From: an uncultured Solirubrobacterales bacterium
GTDB taxonomy: Bacteria > Actinomycetota > Thermoleophilia > Solirubrobacterales > 70-9
NCBI GenBank assembly: GCA_903933815.1
Contig: CAIZLN010000035.1
Location: forward strand, 2,731-66,730
Reading direction: 5' to 3'
DNA length: 64,000 bases
Below are positions 55,747 to 64,000 of the stretch, in pieces. The notes under the pieces are model-generated. The model worked only from the letters and a program-made list of their open reading frames with translations, made no database searches and was not told the DNA's origin. The position numbers were made by a program, and so were the translations under genes. How positions within the stretch are numbered: position 1 is the stretch's first letter; every line of letters begins with the position of its first letter.

Positions 55747-57093
55747 TTGAAGACCACCGTCACAGAACTTGAGAACTCCCGTGCCCGGGTCGAGGCTGAG
55801 GTTTCGGCTGAAGACGTGGGCGTCCAGATTCAGCGCGCCGCGCGCGGCCTCGCCCGCGAGATGCGGTTGCCTGGCTTCCGCAAGGGCAAGGCCCCGCCAT
55901 CGCTGGTCGTACAGCGCGTCGGCTTCGCCTCCGTGTTCGAGCAGGCACTCCAGGACGCTCTGCCCGAGTGGTACCAGCGGGCTGTTTTCGAGTCCGGCAT
56001 AGTCCCGATCGGCGACCCCGAGGTCGAGGTCACCGAGGCCCCGTCCGCCGAGGGTGAGCCGTTGGGATTCAAGTTCGAGGTCGGCGTGCGTCCGACCGCA
56101 GTACTCGGCGAGTACCTTGGCCTTGAGGTGGAAAAGCCGGGTACGGATGTGCCTGACGAAGTGGTCGACCGCGAGGTCGAGCGCCTTCGTGAGGGCATGG
56201 CGAGTCTTGATGCCGTGGAGAGAGCGGCCGTGGATGGAGACCACGTCCTGGTCGACTTCGTCGGCAGCCTCGACGATGTCGAGTTTGAGGGCGGCAGCGC
56301 CACCGACCACATGATCGAGATCGGATCCGGACAGCTGATCGACGACTTCGAGCAGCAGATCATTGGAGCCGCCGCCGGCGATGAAGTCAAGGTAGAGGTC
56401 ACCTTTCCCGAGGAATACGGTGCCGCCGAGCTTGCCGGGCAGGATGCCGTCTTCGCGGTAACGATCAAGGAAGTCCGGGAAAAGAAGCTGCCAGAGCTCG
56501 ACGATGATTTCGCGGTAGAGGCATCCGAGTTTGACACTCTTGCTGAGCTGCGCGAAGACATCGCCAGCAAGCTCTCCGAGGCTGCCGCCGAGCGCATCGA
56601 GCAGGAGTTCAGGGTGGCCGCCGTGGATGCCGCAGTTACCAACGCAACGCTCGACCTTCCCGACGGGATTGTCCGGGCACGCGGAGCTGAGCGCTGGGAG
56701 CGGGTTGAGCGCCAGATGGCCGGTCAGGGCATGAACCCCGACACCTATCTCCAGATGCAGGGCAAGACCCGCGACGAGATCATCGATGAGTCACTCCCGG
56801 ACGCCGAGCAGGAGATCCGCCGGGAGGCGGTTCTTGTCGCGGTCGCCGATGCCGAGGAAATCGACGTCTCCGACGAGGAGATGGAGTCCGAACTCGAGCA
56901 CATGGCCAGCCACGAGCGGACCACCGCCGCCAAGCTCCTTGAACGGCTCAAGCGGGACGGTCGCCACGAGATGGTCGCCGCTGACATCAGGGTGCGCAAA
57001 GCGATCGACCGCCTGGCCGAAACCGCCAAGCCGATCGAGATGTCCGCCGAAGACGCGATCGAGAAGCTCTGGACTCCGGGCGATCCGCGCTGA
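55747..57093 (+). CDS. tig: Trigger factor
   Basis: (L)[19 protein letters not shown]-terminal ribosome-binding domain with GFRKGKAP, a central FKBP-like PPIase region, and an acidic C-terminal domain. TTG start. Confidence 0.92.
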   Translation: MKTTVTELENSRARVEAEVSAEDVGVQIQRAARGLAREMRLPGFRKGKAPPSLVVQRVGFASVFEQALQDALPEWYQRAVFESGIVPIGDPEVEVTEAPSAEGEPLGFKFEVGVRPTAVLGEYLGLEVEKPGTDVPDEVVDREVERLREGMASLDAVERAAVDGDHVLVDFVGSLDDVEFEGGSATDHMIEIGSGQLIDDFEQQIIGAAAGDEVKVEVTFPEEYGAAELAGQDAVFAVTIKEVREKKLPELDDDFAVEASEFDTLAELREDIASKLSEAAAERIEQEFRVAAVDAAVTNATLDLPDGIVRARGAERWERVERQMAGQGMNPDTYLQMQGKTRDEIIDESLPDAEQEIRREAVLVAVADAEEIDVSDEEMESELEHMASHERTTAAKLLERLKRDGRHEMVAADIRVRKAIDRLAETAKPIEMSAEDAIEKLWTPGDPR

Positions 57094-57130
57094 GCGCTGC
57101 TCGGAGCAGGCTCTCTATAGACTCGCTGCC

Positions 57131-57715
57131 ATGAGCCCACTAGTCCCAATGGTTGTCGAGCAGACCTCGCGAGGCGAGCGTTCGTTCGACATCTACTCCC
57201 GCCTTCTCAATGAGCGCATCGTCTTTCTTGGTACCGGTGTCAGTGAGGACATCGCCAACCTGATCGTCGCCCAGCTCCTTCACCTCGAATCCGAGGACCC
57301 CGAGAAGGACATCAGCCTCTACGTCAACTCGCCCGGCGGTTCCGTTTACGCTGGCCTGGCGATCTACGACACCATGCAGTTCATCAAGCCCGATGTCCAG
57401 ACGATCTGTGTCGGCATCGCGATGAGCATGGGGGCGTTGCTGCTCGCCGGCGGAGCCGAAGGCAAGCGCATGTCGCTGCCGAACTCGAAGATTCTGATCC
57501 ATCAGGTCTCCTCGGGCTTCCAGGGCCAGGCCACCGACATCGAGATCCACGCCAACGAGATCATCGATACACGCGGTCGCCTCGACAAGATCCTCGCCAA
57601 GCACACGAAACAGGATCTCGAGAAGATCACGCACGACACCGAGCGCGACTATTTCATGAGCGCCGATGAAGCCAAGGACTACGGCATCATCGACCGCGTC
57701 ATCGAGCATCACTGA
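57131..57715 (+). CDS. clpP: ATP-dependent Clp protease proteolytic subunit
   Basis: [27 protein letters not shown]; catalytic Ser in [11 protein letters not shown], His in ILIHQ, Asp in TERDYFM. It is the 3' part of a 309-aa track ORF. Confidence 0.95.
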   Translation: MSPLVPMVVEQTSRGERSFDIYSRLLNERIVFLGTGVSEDIANLIVAQLLHLESEDPEKDISLYVNSPGGSVYAGLAIYDTMQFIKPDVQTICVGIAMSMGALLLAGGAEGKRMSLPNSKILIHQVSSGFQGQATDIEIHANEIIDTRGRLDKILAKHTKQDLEKITHDTERDYFMSADEAKDYGIIDRVIEHH

Positions 57716-57849
57716 GCATTTTCGGGCTCCCGCACCGCCCTTTGTCCGCTTGGGCAGGATTCCTTCCGCTCAAATGGTTATGGTCGTGGTGCGAGAAGTA
57801 GTGTCCCGGGCCAAACGGCCTGACTGAACAAACAGGAGGAGTCCAAGGA

Positions 57850-58593
57850 ATGTCTGACCAGAGCGGTACCGCGCACCTCGACATAGGTGGCGTATTCGAA
57901 GCTACAACAGAGATCTACAAGAGGTGCTTCGGCACGGTCTGGATCGTTGCGCTGATCCTGCTCGTTCCGGCGGCGATCATCATCGCCCTGCTCGGTAATG
58001 ACGGCATAGGAGGCCTGCTCGGCACGCTGGTCCAGATAGTGGTGACCGCCTGGTTGCTCGGATCGATCATCCGGGTAGTACAGGACGTCGAGGAAGACGG
58101 TCAGGTGGACTGGTCTGTGGGTGAAATCCTCGGATCGGTTACCGGGAAGCTGATCGCGATCATTCTTCTCCAGATAGTGGTTTCCGTTCTGATCCTCATC
58201 GGCTTGGCCATTTTCATCATTCCCGGCGTCATACTCGCCCTGATGTGGTTCGTTTCATTGCCCTCAATGGTGGTCGAAAACAAGGGAGTTTTCGCCTCGA
58301 TGTCACGCAGCTCCGAGCTCACGAAGCACAACCGCATGCGTATCCTCGGCGTGGGCCTGGTCGTGCTTGCCGTGTATATCCTGATCGCGATTGTCGTCGG
58401 CCTTCTGACGGCGGCGATCCCGGTTCTCGGAATCATCGCCCTGGTAATCATCGGTGTGCTGGCCTACCCCTACATCTCGATCATCTCGACGGTCCTCTAC
58501 TACCGTCTGGCTGAACTCAAGGATGGAGTGGCAGCAGCAGTCGAAGAGACGGTTGTTGTTGAGGAAGCGGTTGAGCCGCCGACGAACTACTGA
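57850..58593 (+). CDS. Hypothetical polytopic membrane protein
   Basis: 247-aa ORF with about 5 TM helices. It sits between clpP and clpX, and a strong terminator follows it. Confidence 0.55.
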   Translation: MSDQSGTAHLDIGGVFEATTEIYKRCFGTVWIVALILLVPAAIIIALLGNDGIGGLLGTLVQIVVTAWLLGSIIRVVQDVEEDGQVDWSVGEILGSVTGKLIAIILLQIVVSVLILIGLAIFIIPGVILALMWFVSLPSMVVENKGVFASMSRSSELTKHNRMRILGVGLVVLAVYILIAIVVGLLTAAIPVLGIIALVIIGVLAYPYISIISTVLYYRLAELKDGVAAAVEETVVVEEAVEPPTNY

Positions 58594-58642
58594 TTCGCAG
58601 ATGACCCTGATGGTGGCCGTAACGGACGCCTGAAGATTCCGG

Positions 58643-58677
58643 AAAGAGCCATCGCGCGAGGCGCGATGGCTCTTTTT
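58643..58677. terminator. Bidirectional rho-independent terminator
   Basis: AAAGAGCCATCGCGC-GAG-GCGCGATGGCTCTTTTT: a 13-15 bp perfect stem, 3-nt loop, T-run on the plus strand and A-run on the 5' side. It lies between convergent genes. Confidence 0.8.
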
Positions 58678-58743
58678 CGTTCCCGGTAGATATGCCTTGC
58701 CTGACAGCCCCCGGAAGGGGTTGTCAGACCTTCAGTTCCGCAG

Positions 58744-59193
58744 TCAAGTCTCCAGCTCGTAGGTGATCCAGGTGGACTTCTCGGCGCCGGTGCTGTCGTA
58801 GAGCGCCTGGGCACTGTGGTTGTCTGGAGCCGTTGACCATTCCAGGCAGGAGGCTCCGGCGTCGCGGGCCAGACCCAGGCCGGCCTTAATCAGTGACCGG
58901 CCGATTCCCTCTCCCCGCGCGCCTTCGACCACATAGAGGTCGTTCATCAGGATTGTGGTGGTGGCCGAAAGTGAACTCTTGTGCCGGTAGAAGCAGCCGA
59001 AGCCGACAACTTCATCACCCTGCCAGCCACCGAGCAGCCAGCCGCTGTGGTTGCTGCCGATGAACCTGGAAAAGAACTTCCGGTTTCTCTCCTCGTCGAT
59101 GTCCTCTACTTCGTAGAAGCGCTGGTAGGCGATGAACAGGGGCTCGAGTTCGGCGAAGCTGTCCTCGGTCACAAGTCTGATTTCTGTCTCCAT
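58744..59193 (-). CDS. GNAT family N-acetyltransferase
   Basis: [17 protein letters not shown] (the R/Q-x-x-G-x-G/A acetyl-CoA motif). 149 aa. Confidence 0.8.
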   Translation of the reverse strand: METEIRLVTEDSFAELEPLFIAYQRFYEVEDIDEERNRKFFSRFIGSNHSGWLLGGWQGDEVVGFGCFYRHKSSLSATTTILMNDLYVVEGARGEGIGRSLIKAGLGLARDAGASCLEWSTAPDNHSAQALYDSTGAEKSTWITYELET

Positions 59194-59264
59194 CGGCTGA
59201 GCCTACACCCGGCCGACCGGCCAGCCGACCGGCGGGCGGCAAGTTCTGTCCCGGGGGAAGGTCA

Positions 59265-60668
59265 GTGCCCGCTGGCCCCGTAACTCCAGAACAACGATCC
59301 GGAAGACCGCTGGCGTTACAGTGGAAACAGGCCTCGGGTCAACTCACGAGAAAGGGCAGTCCGCTGGCACGCTCAACCGATTCGAACGAACAGCTGCTTT
59401 GCAGTTTCTGCGGCAAGTCCCAGCGCCAGGTCAAGAAGTTGATCGCTGGCCCCGGGGTTTACATCTGCGACGAATGCATCGATCTCTGTAACGAGATAAT
59501 CGACGAAGAGATGGTCGTCGCGCCGGGCCGTGCCCCGGGCCTCGACCTCGAGCAGCTGCCGAAGCCCCAGGAGATCAACCAGATTCTGGACGAGTACGTG
59601 ATCGGACAGGCCTCGGCCAAGAAGGCTCTCTCGGTCGCGGTATACAACCACTACAAGCGGGTCCGCATGGCGGAGTCCGAGGACCCCGAGGTAGAGCTCC
59701 AGAAGTCGAACATCATGCTGCTCGGGCCGACCGGTTGCGGCAAGACACTCCTTGCCCAGACCCTCGCCCGCCTGCTGAATGTGCCGTTCGCGATTGCCGA
59801 TGCGACCGCGCTGACCGAGGCCGGATATGTCGGTGAGGATGTCGAGAACATCCTTCTGAAGCTGATTCAGGCGGCAGACTATGACGTCAAGAAGGCCGAA
59901 ACCGGGATCATCTACATAGACGAAATCGACAAGATCACCCGCAAGGCCGACAATCCTTCGCTGACCCGGGACGTCTCTGGTGAAGGCGTCCAGCAAGCCC
60001 TTCTGAAGATTCTCGAGGGGACCACGGCTTCAGTTCCGCCTCAAGGCGGTCGCAAACATCCCCACCAGGAGTTCCTGACGATCGACACCAGCAACATTCT
60101 CTTTATCTGTGGCGGTTCGTTCTCGGAACTCGAGCAGGTCATCGAGCGGCGGGTCGGCAACAAGGGAATCGGCTTCGGGGCAGCAATGCATCGGGTTGAG
60201 GAAGATGATCCAGGCGAGCTTTTCGAGCAGGTCATGTCCGAAGACCTGATCGAGTACGGGCTTATCCCCGAGTTCATCGGCAGGTTGCCGGTTGTGGCTG
60301 CCCTGCACCAGCTCAATCGCGAGGATCTGGTCCGGGTTCTGACTGAGCCTCGTCACGCCCTTACCAAGCAGTTCACCCGGTTCTTCGAGTTCGACGGGAT
60401 CGAGCTGGTCTTCGCCGACGACTCACTCGAAGCGATTGCCGATCGGGCCCTGGCGCGGGAGACGGGTGCCCGCGGCCTGCGCTCGATAATCGAGAGCACT
60501 CTTCAGGATGTCCAGTTCGACCTGCCTTCCCGGCAGGACGTCACCAAGTGCGTCGTTACTCGAGAGGCGATCGAAAAGGGCCAGCAGCCGATCCTGGTTA
60601 CGGATTCCAGCCATGAATCACCGGGCAGTCCGATCGACTTCGAAGACCTTGGTGAGCAGACGGCCTGA
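59265..60668 (+). CDS. clpX: ATP-dependent Clp protease ATP-binding subunit ClpX
   Basis: Zinc-binding CSFCGK...[10 protein letters not shown], Walker A GPTGCGKT, Walker [13 protein letters not shown]-loop region GIGFG. Homology suggests the true N-terminus is at CTG 59364 ([18 protein letters not shown]). Confidence 0.93.
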   Translation: MPAGPVTPEQRSGRPLALQWKQASGQLTRKGSPLARSTDSNEQLLCSFCGKSQRQVKKLIAGPGVYICDECIDLCNEIIDEEMVVAPGRAPGLDLEQLPKPQEINQILDEYVIGQASAKKALSVAVYNHYKRVRMAESEDPEVELQKSNIMLLGPTGCGKTLLAQTLARLLNVPFAIADATALTEAGYVGEDVENILLKLIQAADYDVKKAETGIIYIDEIDKITRKADNPSLTRDVSGEGVQQALLKILEGTTASVPPQGGRKHPHQEFLTIDTSNILFICGGSFSELEQVIERRVGNKGIGFGAAMHRVEEDDPGELFEQVMSEDLIEYGLIPEFIGRLPVVAALHQLNREDLVRVLTEPRHALTKQFTRFFEFDGIELVFADDSLEAIADRALARETGARGLRSIIESTLQDVQFDLPSRQDVTKCVVTREAIEKGQQPILVTDSSHESPGSPIDFEDLGEQTA

Positions 60669-60745
60669 CTTCGCTGCGGTGAGTGATGTGACCCGAGGGA
60701 ACGCGCGACCCGCCTGACCTCTCTTGAACAATAAGATCGACCGCC

Positions 60746-63292
60746 TTGGACAGCGCGGCCCGACAGCAGCTTGAGGAGACGACCCGGTGGCAACCGGGTG
60801 AAGTCGAGGCGGGGCTCTTTCAGGAGTGGCTGGATGGCGGTTACTTCCATCCTGACGCCAGCGGCAGCCCTGATGACAACTTCTCGGTGGTGATCCCACC
60901 GCCCAACGTGACTGGCGCGCTTCATATGGGCCACGCGCTCAACGGCTCGATTCAGGACACGCTTGTCCGGATGAACCGGATGGCCGGTCGGAACACGCTC
61001 TGGGTACTGGGCACAGACCACGCCGGAATCGCGACTCAGTCAGTGGTCGAAAAGCGGCTCCGGTCGGAAGGGATAGACCGCCACGAGATAGGCAGGGAAG
61101 CCTTCACAGAGCGCGTCTGGGCCTGGAAAGAGGAGTATGCCGCGAGGATCAAGGAGCAGTATCAGCGCCTCGGCGCCTCCTGCGATTACGAACGGGAGCG
61201 CTTCACCCTTGACGACGGATACGCCCTCGCGGTTCGAAAGGTTTTCACCGAGCTGTACGGGAAGGGCTACATCTACCGGGACAACTACATGGTCAACTGG
61301 GATCCCGGATCCCGTTCCGCGATCTCTGACCTGGAAGTCGAAAACCGCGAGGAAACCGACACGCTCTACTCGGTTGATTATCCGGTCGAAGGGACGGACC
61401 GCGTCCTGACCGTAGCCACGGTCAGGCCGGAGACGATGATGGCCGACACGGCAGTGGCGGTCAATCCGGAAGACGGTCGCTACGCCGACCTGGTCGGAAA
61501 GTTCTGCATCCTGCCGCTGGTGGGTCGGCGTCTTCCGATCATCGCTGACGAACACGTTGACATCGAGTTCGGGACAGGTGCCCTGAAGATCACTCCCGGC
61601 CATGACGTAAACGACTTTGAGATCGGCCGGCGCCACGGGCTGGAGGAGATCAGCGTGATCGGCGAAGACGGCCTGATGACTGCCGAGGCCGGTGAGCGCT
61701 TTGCGGGAATGACGGTGGCCGAGGCCCAGCTCGCCGTGGCTGAAGCGCTGCGGGAAGAAGGCGTACTGAGCGGAGAGGAGCCCTACGTCCACTCGGTACC
61801 GTTTTCCCACCGGTCGGGTGAGCGGATTGAGCCGCTGATTTCGCTGCAGTGGTTCTGCCGGATGGACGAGCTTGCGGCTCCAGCGATAGAGGCCGTCGAG
61901 AACGACCTCGTCTCAATCACCCCGCAGCAGTGGAAGCGGGTTTATCTCGACTGGATGAGGGAAATCCGGCCGTGGTGTGTTTCCCGCCAGCTCTGGTGGG
62001 GGCACCGGATTCCGGTCTGGTATCGCGGTGAGGAAGTACATGTGGGAGAGCACGAACCGGAAGGTGAAGGCTGGGTTCAGGAGGAGGATGTCCTCGACAC
62101 ATGGTTTTCATCCGCTATCTGGCCGTTTGCCACCCTCGGCTGGCCTGAGGAAACACCCGAACTCAAGGCCTTCTATCCGACCGATTTCCTGACTACCGCT
62201 CGCGAGATCCTCTTTCTCTGGGTGGCAAGGATGGTTATGACCGGGATCGAGTTCGCCGGCGACATCCCGTTCGACAACGTCTATGTCCATTCAGTGATCC
62301 AGGCCCGTGACGGCCGGCGCATGTCGAAGAGCCTCGGCACCGGAATCGACCCGCTCGGAGAGATCGATGAGCACGGGGCAGACGCCCTTCGCTTTGGCCT
62401 CCTCACGATGTCTTCGACTCAGGATGTGAGGTACTCGGATGCCAAGGTTCAGCAGGGCCGTGACCTCTCGAACAAACTCTGGAATGCCTCACGCCTGATC
62501 CTGCTGAACACTGGCGAGCCGGTTGACCGCAGTCTGCCCGCCGGGCCCATGGCACTCGAAGACCGCTGGATCCTGTCCCGCCTCGAGTCGACGATCGAAT
62601 CTGTCACCGGACTGCTGGCCGTCTACGACTTTGCTCACGCCGCCCAGGAGATCTACGCCTTCGTTTTCTCCGACCTCTGCGACTGGTACCTCGAGATCGC
62701 CAAGCCCCGGATCTACGATGGTGAGGACGAAGTCGCCCGTGTGCTGCTCCACACCCTCGAACGGACCCTTTCGCTTGTCCACCCGGTGATGCCTTTCGTG
62801 ACCGAGCAGATCTGGAAGTTTCACCCGTATCGCGAAGGCCACCTGGTGGTTCATCCGTTCCCCCAGGTCGACCGGGCACGGATCCTGGAGCAGACCGAAG
62901 CGGAGGTAGGAGCATCGATCGCGCTCACCAGGCAGCTCAGGGGCTGGCGGGACATGGCTGGAGTGCCGCCAAAGATCGTTCTCGAGGCAAGCGGTGACGG
63001 AAGCTCCATCCCGGAGTTCGTCTCCCGTCTCGGCCGGGTAAGGCTGGGGGCAGAGGGTGGCGAACCCGTCGCGACTGTCGCCGGTTTCGGCATCCTTCCC
63101 TCAGAGGGACTTGACATGGAGGAGCTCACCGGCCGGCTCGAAGCGCGCAGGGGCAAGCTCGAGGCTGAGATAAGGAAGATCGAATCGAAGCTTGGTAACC
63201 CGAAGTTCGTAGACCGAGCCCCGGCCGAGGTGGTTGCCGAAGAGCGTGAAAAGCTCGAGCAGGTGCGCACCGAAATCGCCGAACTGGGCTGA
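60746..63292 (+). CDS. valS: Valine--tRNA ligase
   Basis: PPPNVTGALHMGHA (HIGH), RMSKSLG (KMSKS), CP1 editing domain, C-terminal coiled coil. TTG start. Confidence 0.93.
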   Translation: MDSAARQQLEETTRWQPGEVEAGLFQEWLDGGYFHPDASGSPDDNFSVVIPPPNVTGALHMGHALNGSIQDTLVRMNRMAGRNTLWVLGTDHAGIATQSVVEKRLRSEGIDRHEIGREAFTERVWAWKEEYAARIKEQYQRLGASCDYERERFTLDDGYALAVRKVFTELYGKGYIYRDNYMVNWDPGSRSAISDLEVENREETDTLYSVDYPVEGTDRVLTVATVRPETMMADTAVAVNPEDGRYADLVGKFCILPLVGRRLPIIADEHVDIEFGTGALKITPGHDVNDFEIGRRHGLEEISVIGEDGLMTAEAGERFAGMTVAEAQLAVAEALREEGVLSGEEPYVHSVPFSHRSGERIEPLISLQWFCRMDELAAPAIEAVENDLVSITPQQWKRVYLDWMREIRPWCVSRQLWWGHRIPVWYRGEEVHVGEHEPEGEGWVQEEDVLDTWFSSAIWPFATLGWPEETPELKAFYPTDFLTTAREILFLWVARMVMTGIEFAGDIPFDNVYVHSVIQARDGRRMSKSLGTGIDPLGEIDEHGADALRFGLLTMSSTQDVRYSDAKVQQGRDLSNKLWNASRLILLNTGEPVDRSLPAGPMALEDRWILSRLESTIESVTGLLAVYDFAHAAQEIYAFVFSDLCDWYLEIAKPRIYDGEDEVARVLLHTLERTLSLVHPVMPFVTEQIWKFHPYREGHLVVHPFPQVDRARILEQTEAEVGASIALTRQLRGWRDMAGVPPKIVLEASGDGSSIPEFVSRLGRVRLGAEGGEPVATVAGFGILPSEGLDMEELTGRLEARRGKLEAEIRKIESKLGNPKFVDRAPAEVVAEEREKLEQVRTEIAELG

Positions 63293-63312
63293 GTCCGGAG
63301 TCGACGGGTCGC

Positions 63313-64000
63313 TTGAGTTTCGACGCCGAGTCCTATCTGAACTCACTCGAGCCGATCGGCTGGAAGCTCGGCCTTGACCGGATGGAGCTGCTGTCGACCG
63401 AGATCGGCAGGCCGCAGGACTCGTTCCGGTCCATCCATGTGGTCGGGACGAACGGAAAGTCGTCAGTTACCCGGATGACAGCGGCCGTCCTCACGGCACA
63501 GGGAATGAAGACCGGTTGCCTCGTCTCTCCCCATCTCTCGCTCTGGTCTGAACGGGTGCTGGTCGACGGGAAGGTCACTGGACAGTCTGCTTTCGCCGAC
63601 GCTGTGAGCCGCACCGCCCGGGCAGCAGATGTTGTCAACGGCCGGCTTGGGGAAGGGGATTCACTCACCCAGTTCGAGATCGCGGTGGCCGCCGGATTCC
63701 TCGCGCTTGCTGATGCCGGAGTGGAGGTGGCGGCAGTTGAGGCGGGGCTTGGCGGAAGGCTGGACGCCACCAACTCGATCAGCTCGACGCTGACCGTCCT
63801 GACCTCCATCGGCCTTGATCACACCGAGTGGCTGGGGGAGACGGAGCTTCAGATTGCAGGCGAGAAGCTTGCCGTCCTCCGTCACGGGACCTTGCTGGTA
63901 CTGGGTCACGTTTCTGCCGAAGTCCGTGAGCTTGCCCTGACCACGGCTCACGAGAGGGGTTGCCGGGTTGTCGAATCCGACGGCTCACTTCCCGCCGGGT
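63313..64000 (+). CDS. folC: Folylpolyglutamate synthase/dihydrofolate synthase, N-terminal part (runs off window)
   Basis: My own translation: LSFDAESYLNSLEPIGWKLGLDRMELL...SIHVVGTNGKSSVTRM (Mur-ligase P-loop). It is not in the ORF track because no stop occurs before the window end. Start is TTG 63313 or CTG 63289. Confidence 0.8.
   Translation, partial: MSFDAESYLNSLEPIGWKLGLDRMELLSTEIGRPQDSFRSIHVVGTNGKSSVTRMTAAVLTAQGMKTGCLVSPHLSLWSERVLVDGKVTGQSAFADAVSRTARAADVVNGRLGEGDSLTQFEIAVAAGFLALADAGVEVAAVEAGLGGRLDATNSISSTLTVLTSIGLDHTEWLGETELQIAGEKLAVLRHGTLLVLGHVSAEVRELALTTAHERGCRVVESDGSLPAG

Noticed and set aside
56786-57130. 5' extension of the ClpP ORF (309-aa version)
   Set aside because: It overlaps the 3' end of tig in another frame. 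ClpP homology begins at ATG 57131.

Overview
High-GC, gene-dense chromosomal segment. The lineage looks actinobacterium-like, an inference from tig-clpP-clpX-valS-folC synteny, cta-type respiratory genes and many 4-nt NTGA start/stop overlaps. I call about 65 CDS, three tRNAs (Pro-TGG, Arg-TCT, His-GTG), one 25-bp tandem repeat and one clear bidirectional intrinsic terminator. I recognise no rRNA, CRISPR array, transposase, integrase or phage gene.

The first 16 kb is a respiratory neighbourhood. It holds a canonical CuA/heme-copper oxidase operon (ctaC-ctaD-[duplicated USP-like protein]-ctaE), a convergent ctaA and a diheme cytochrome c lipoprotein. A second minus-strand operon (11909-15817) encodes full-length paralogues of oxidase subunits II and I followed directly by ctaB.

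That second pair is the most unusual thing in the window. The subunit I paralogue keeps the oxidase scaffold motifs, but 5 of the 6 canonical heme/CuB histidine ligands and the K-channel lysine are substituted. The subunit II paralogue has lost both CuA cysteines and one CuA histidine. Both ORFs are intact and tightly coupled, so this looks like a maintained, redox-dead oxidase-like membrane complex co-transcribed with heme O synthase.

Other points of note:
- CTG codons sit exactly at CTGA stop/start junctions. One of them is strongly supported by homology as the real start of a GH15 gene.
- A secreted-unknown/sulfatase/SGNH operon abuts a truncated Na+/H+ antiporter remnant.
- An HTH-less TetR-C-like ORF is coupled to a hydrolase.
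- A GMC oxidoreductase carries an extra C-terminal domain.
- clpP and clpX are split by two inserted genes.

All functional calls rest on motif recognition by eye. No database search was run.
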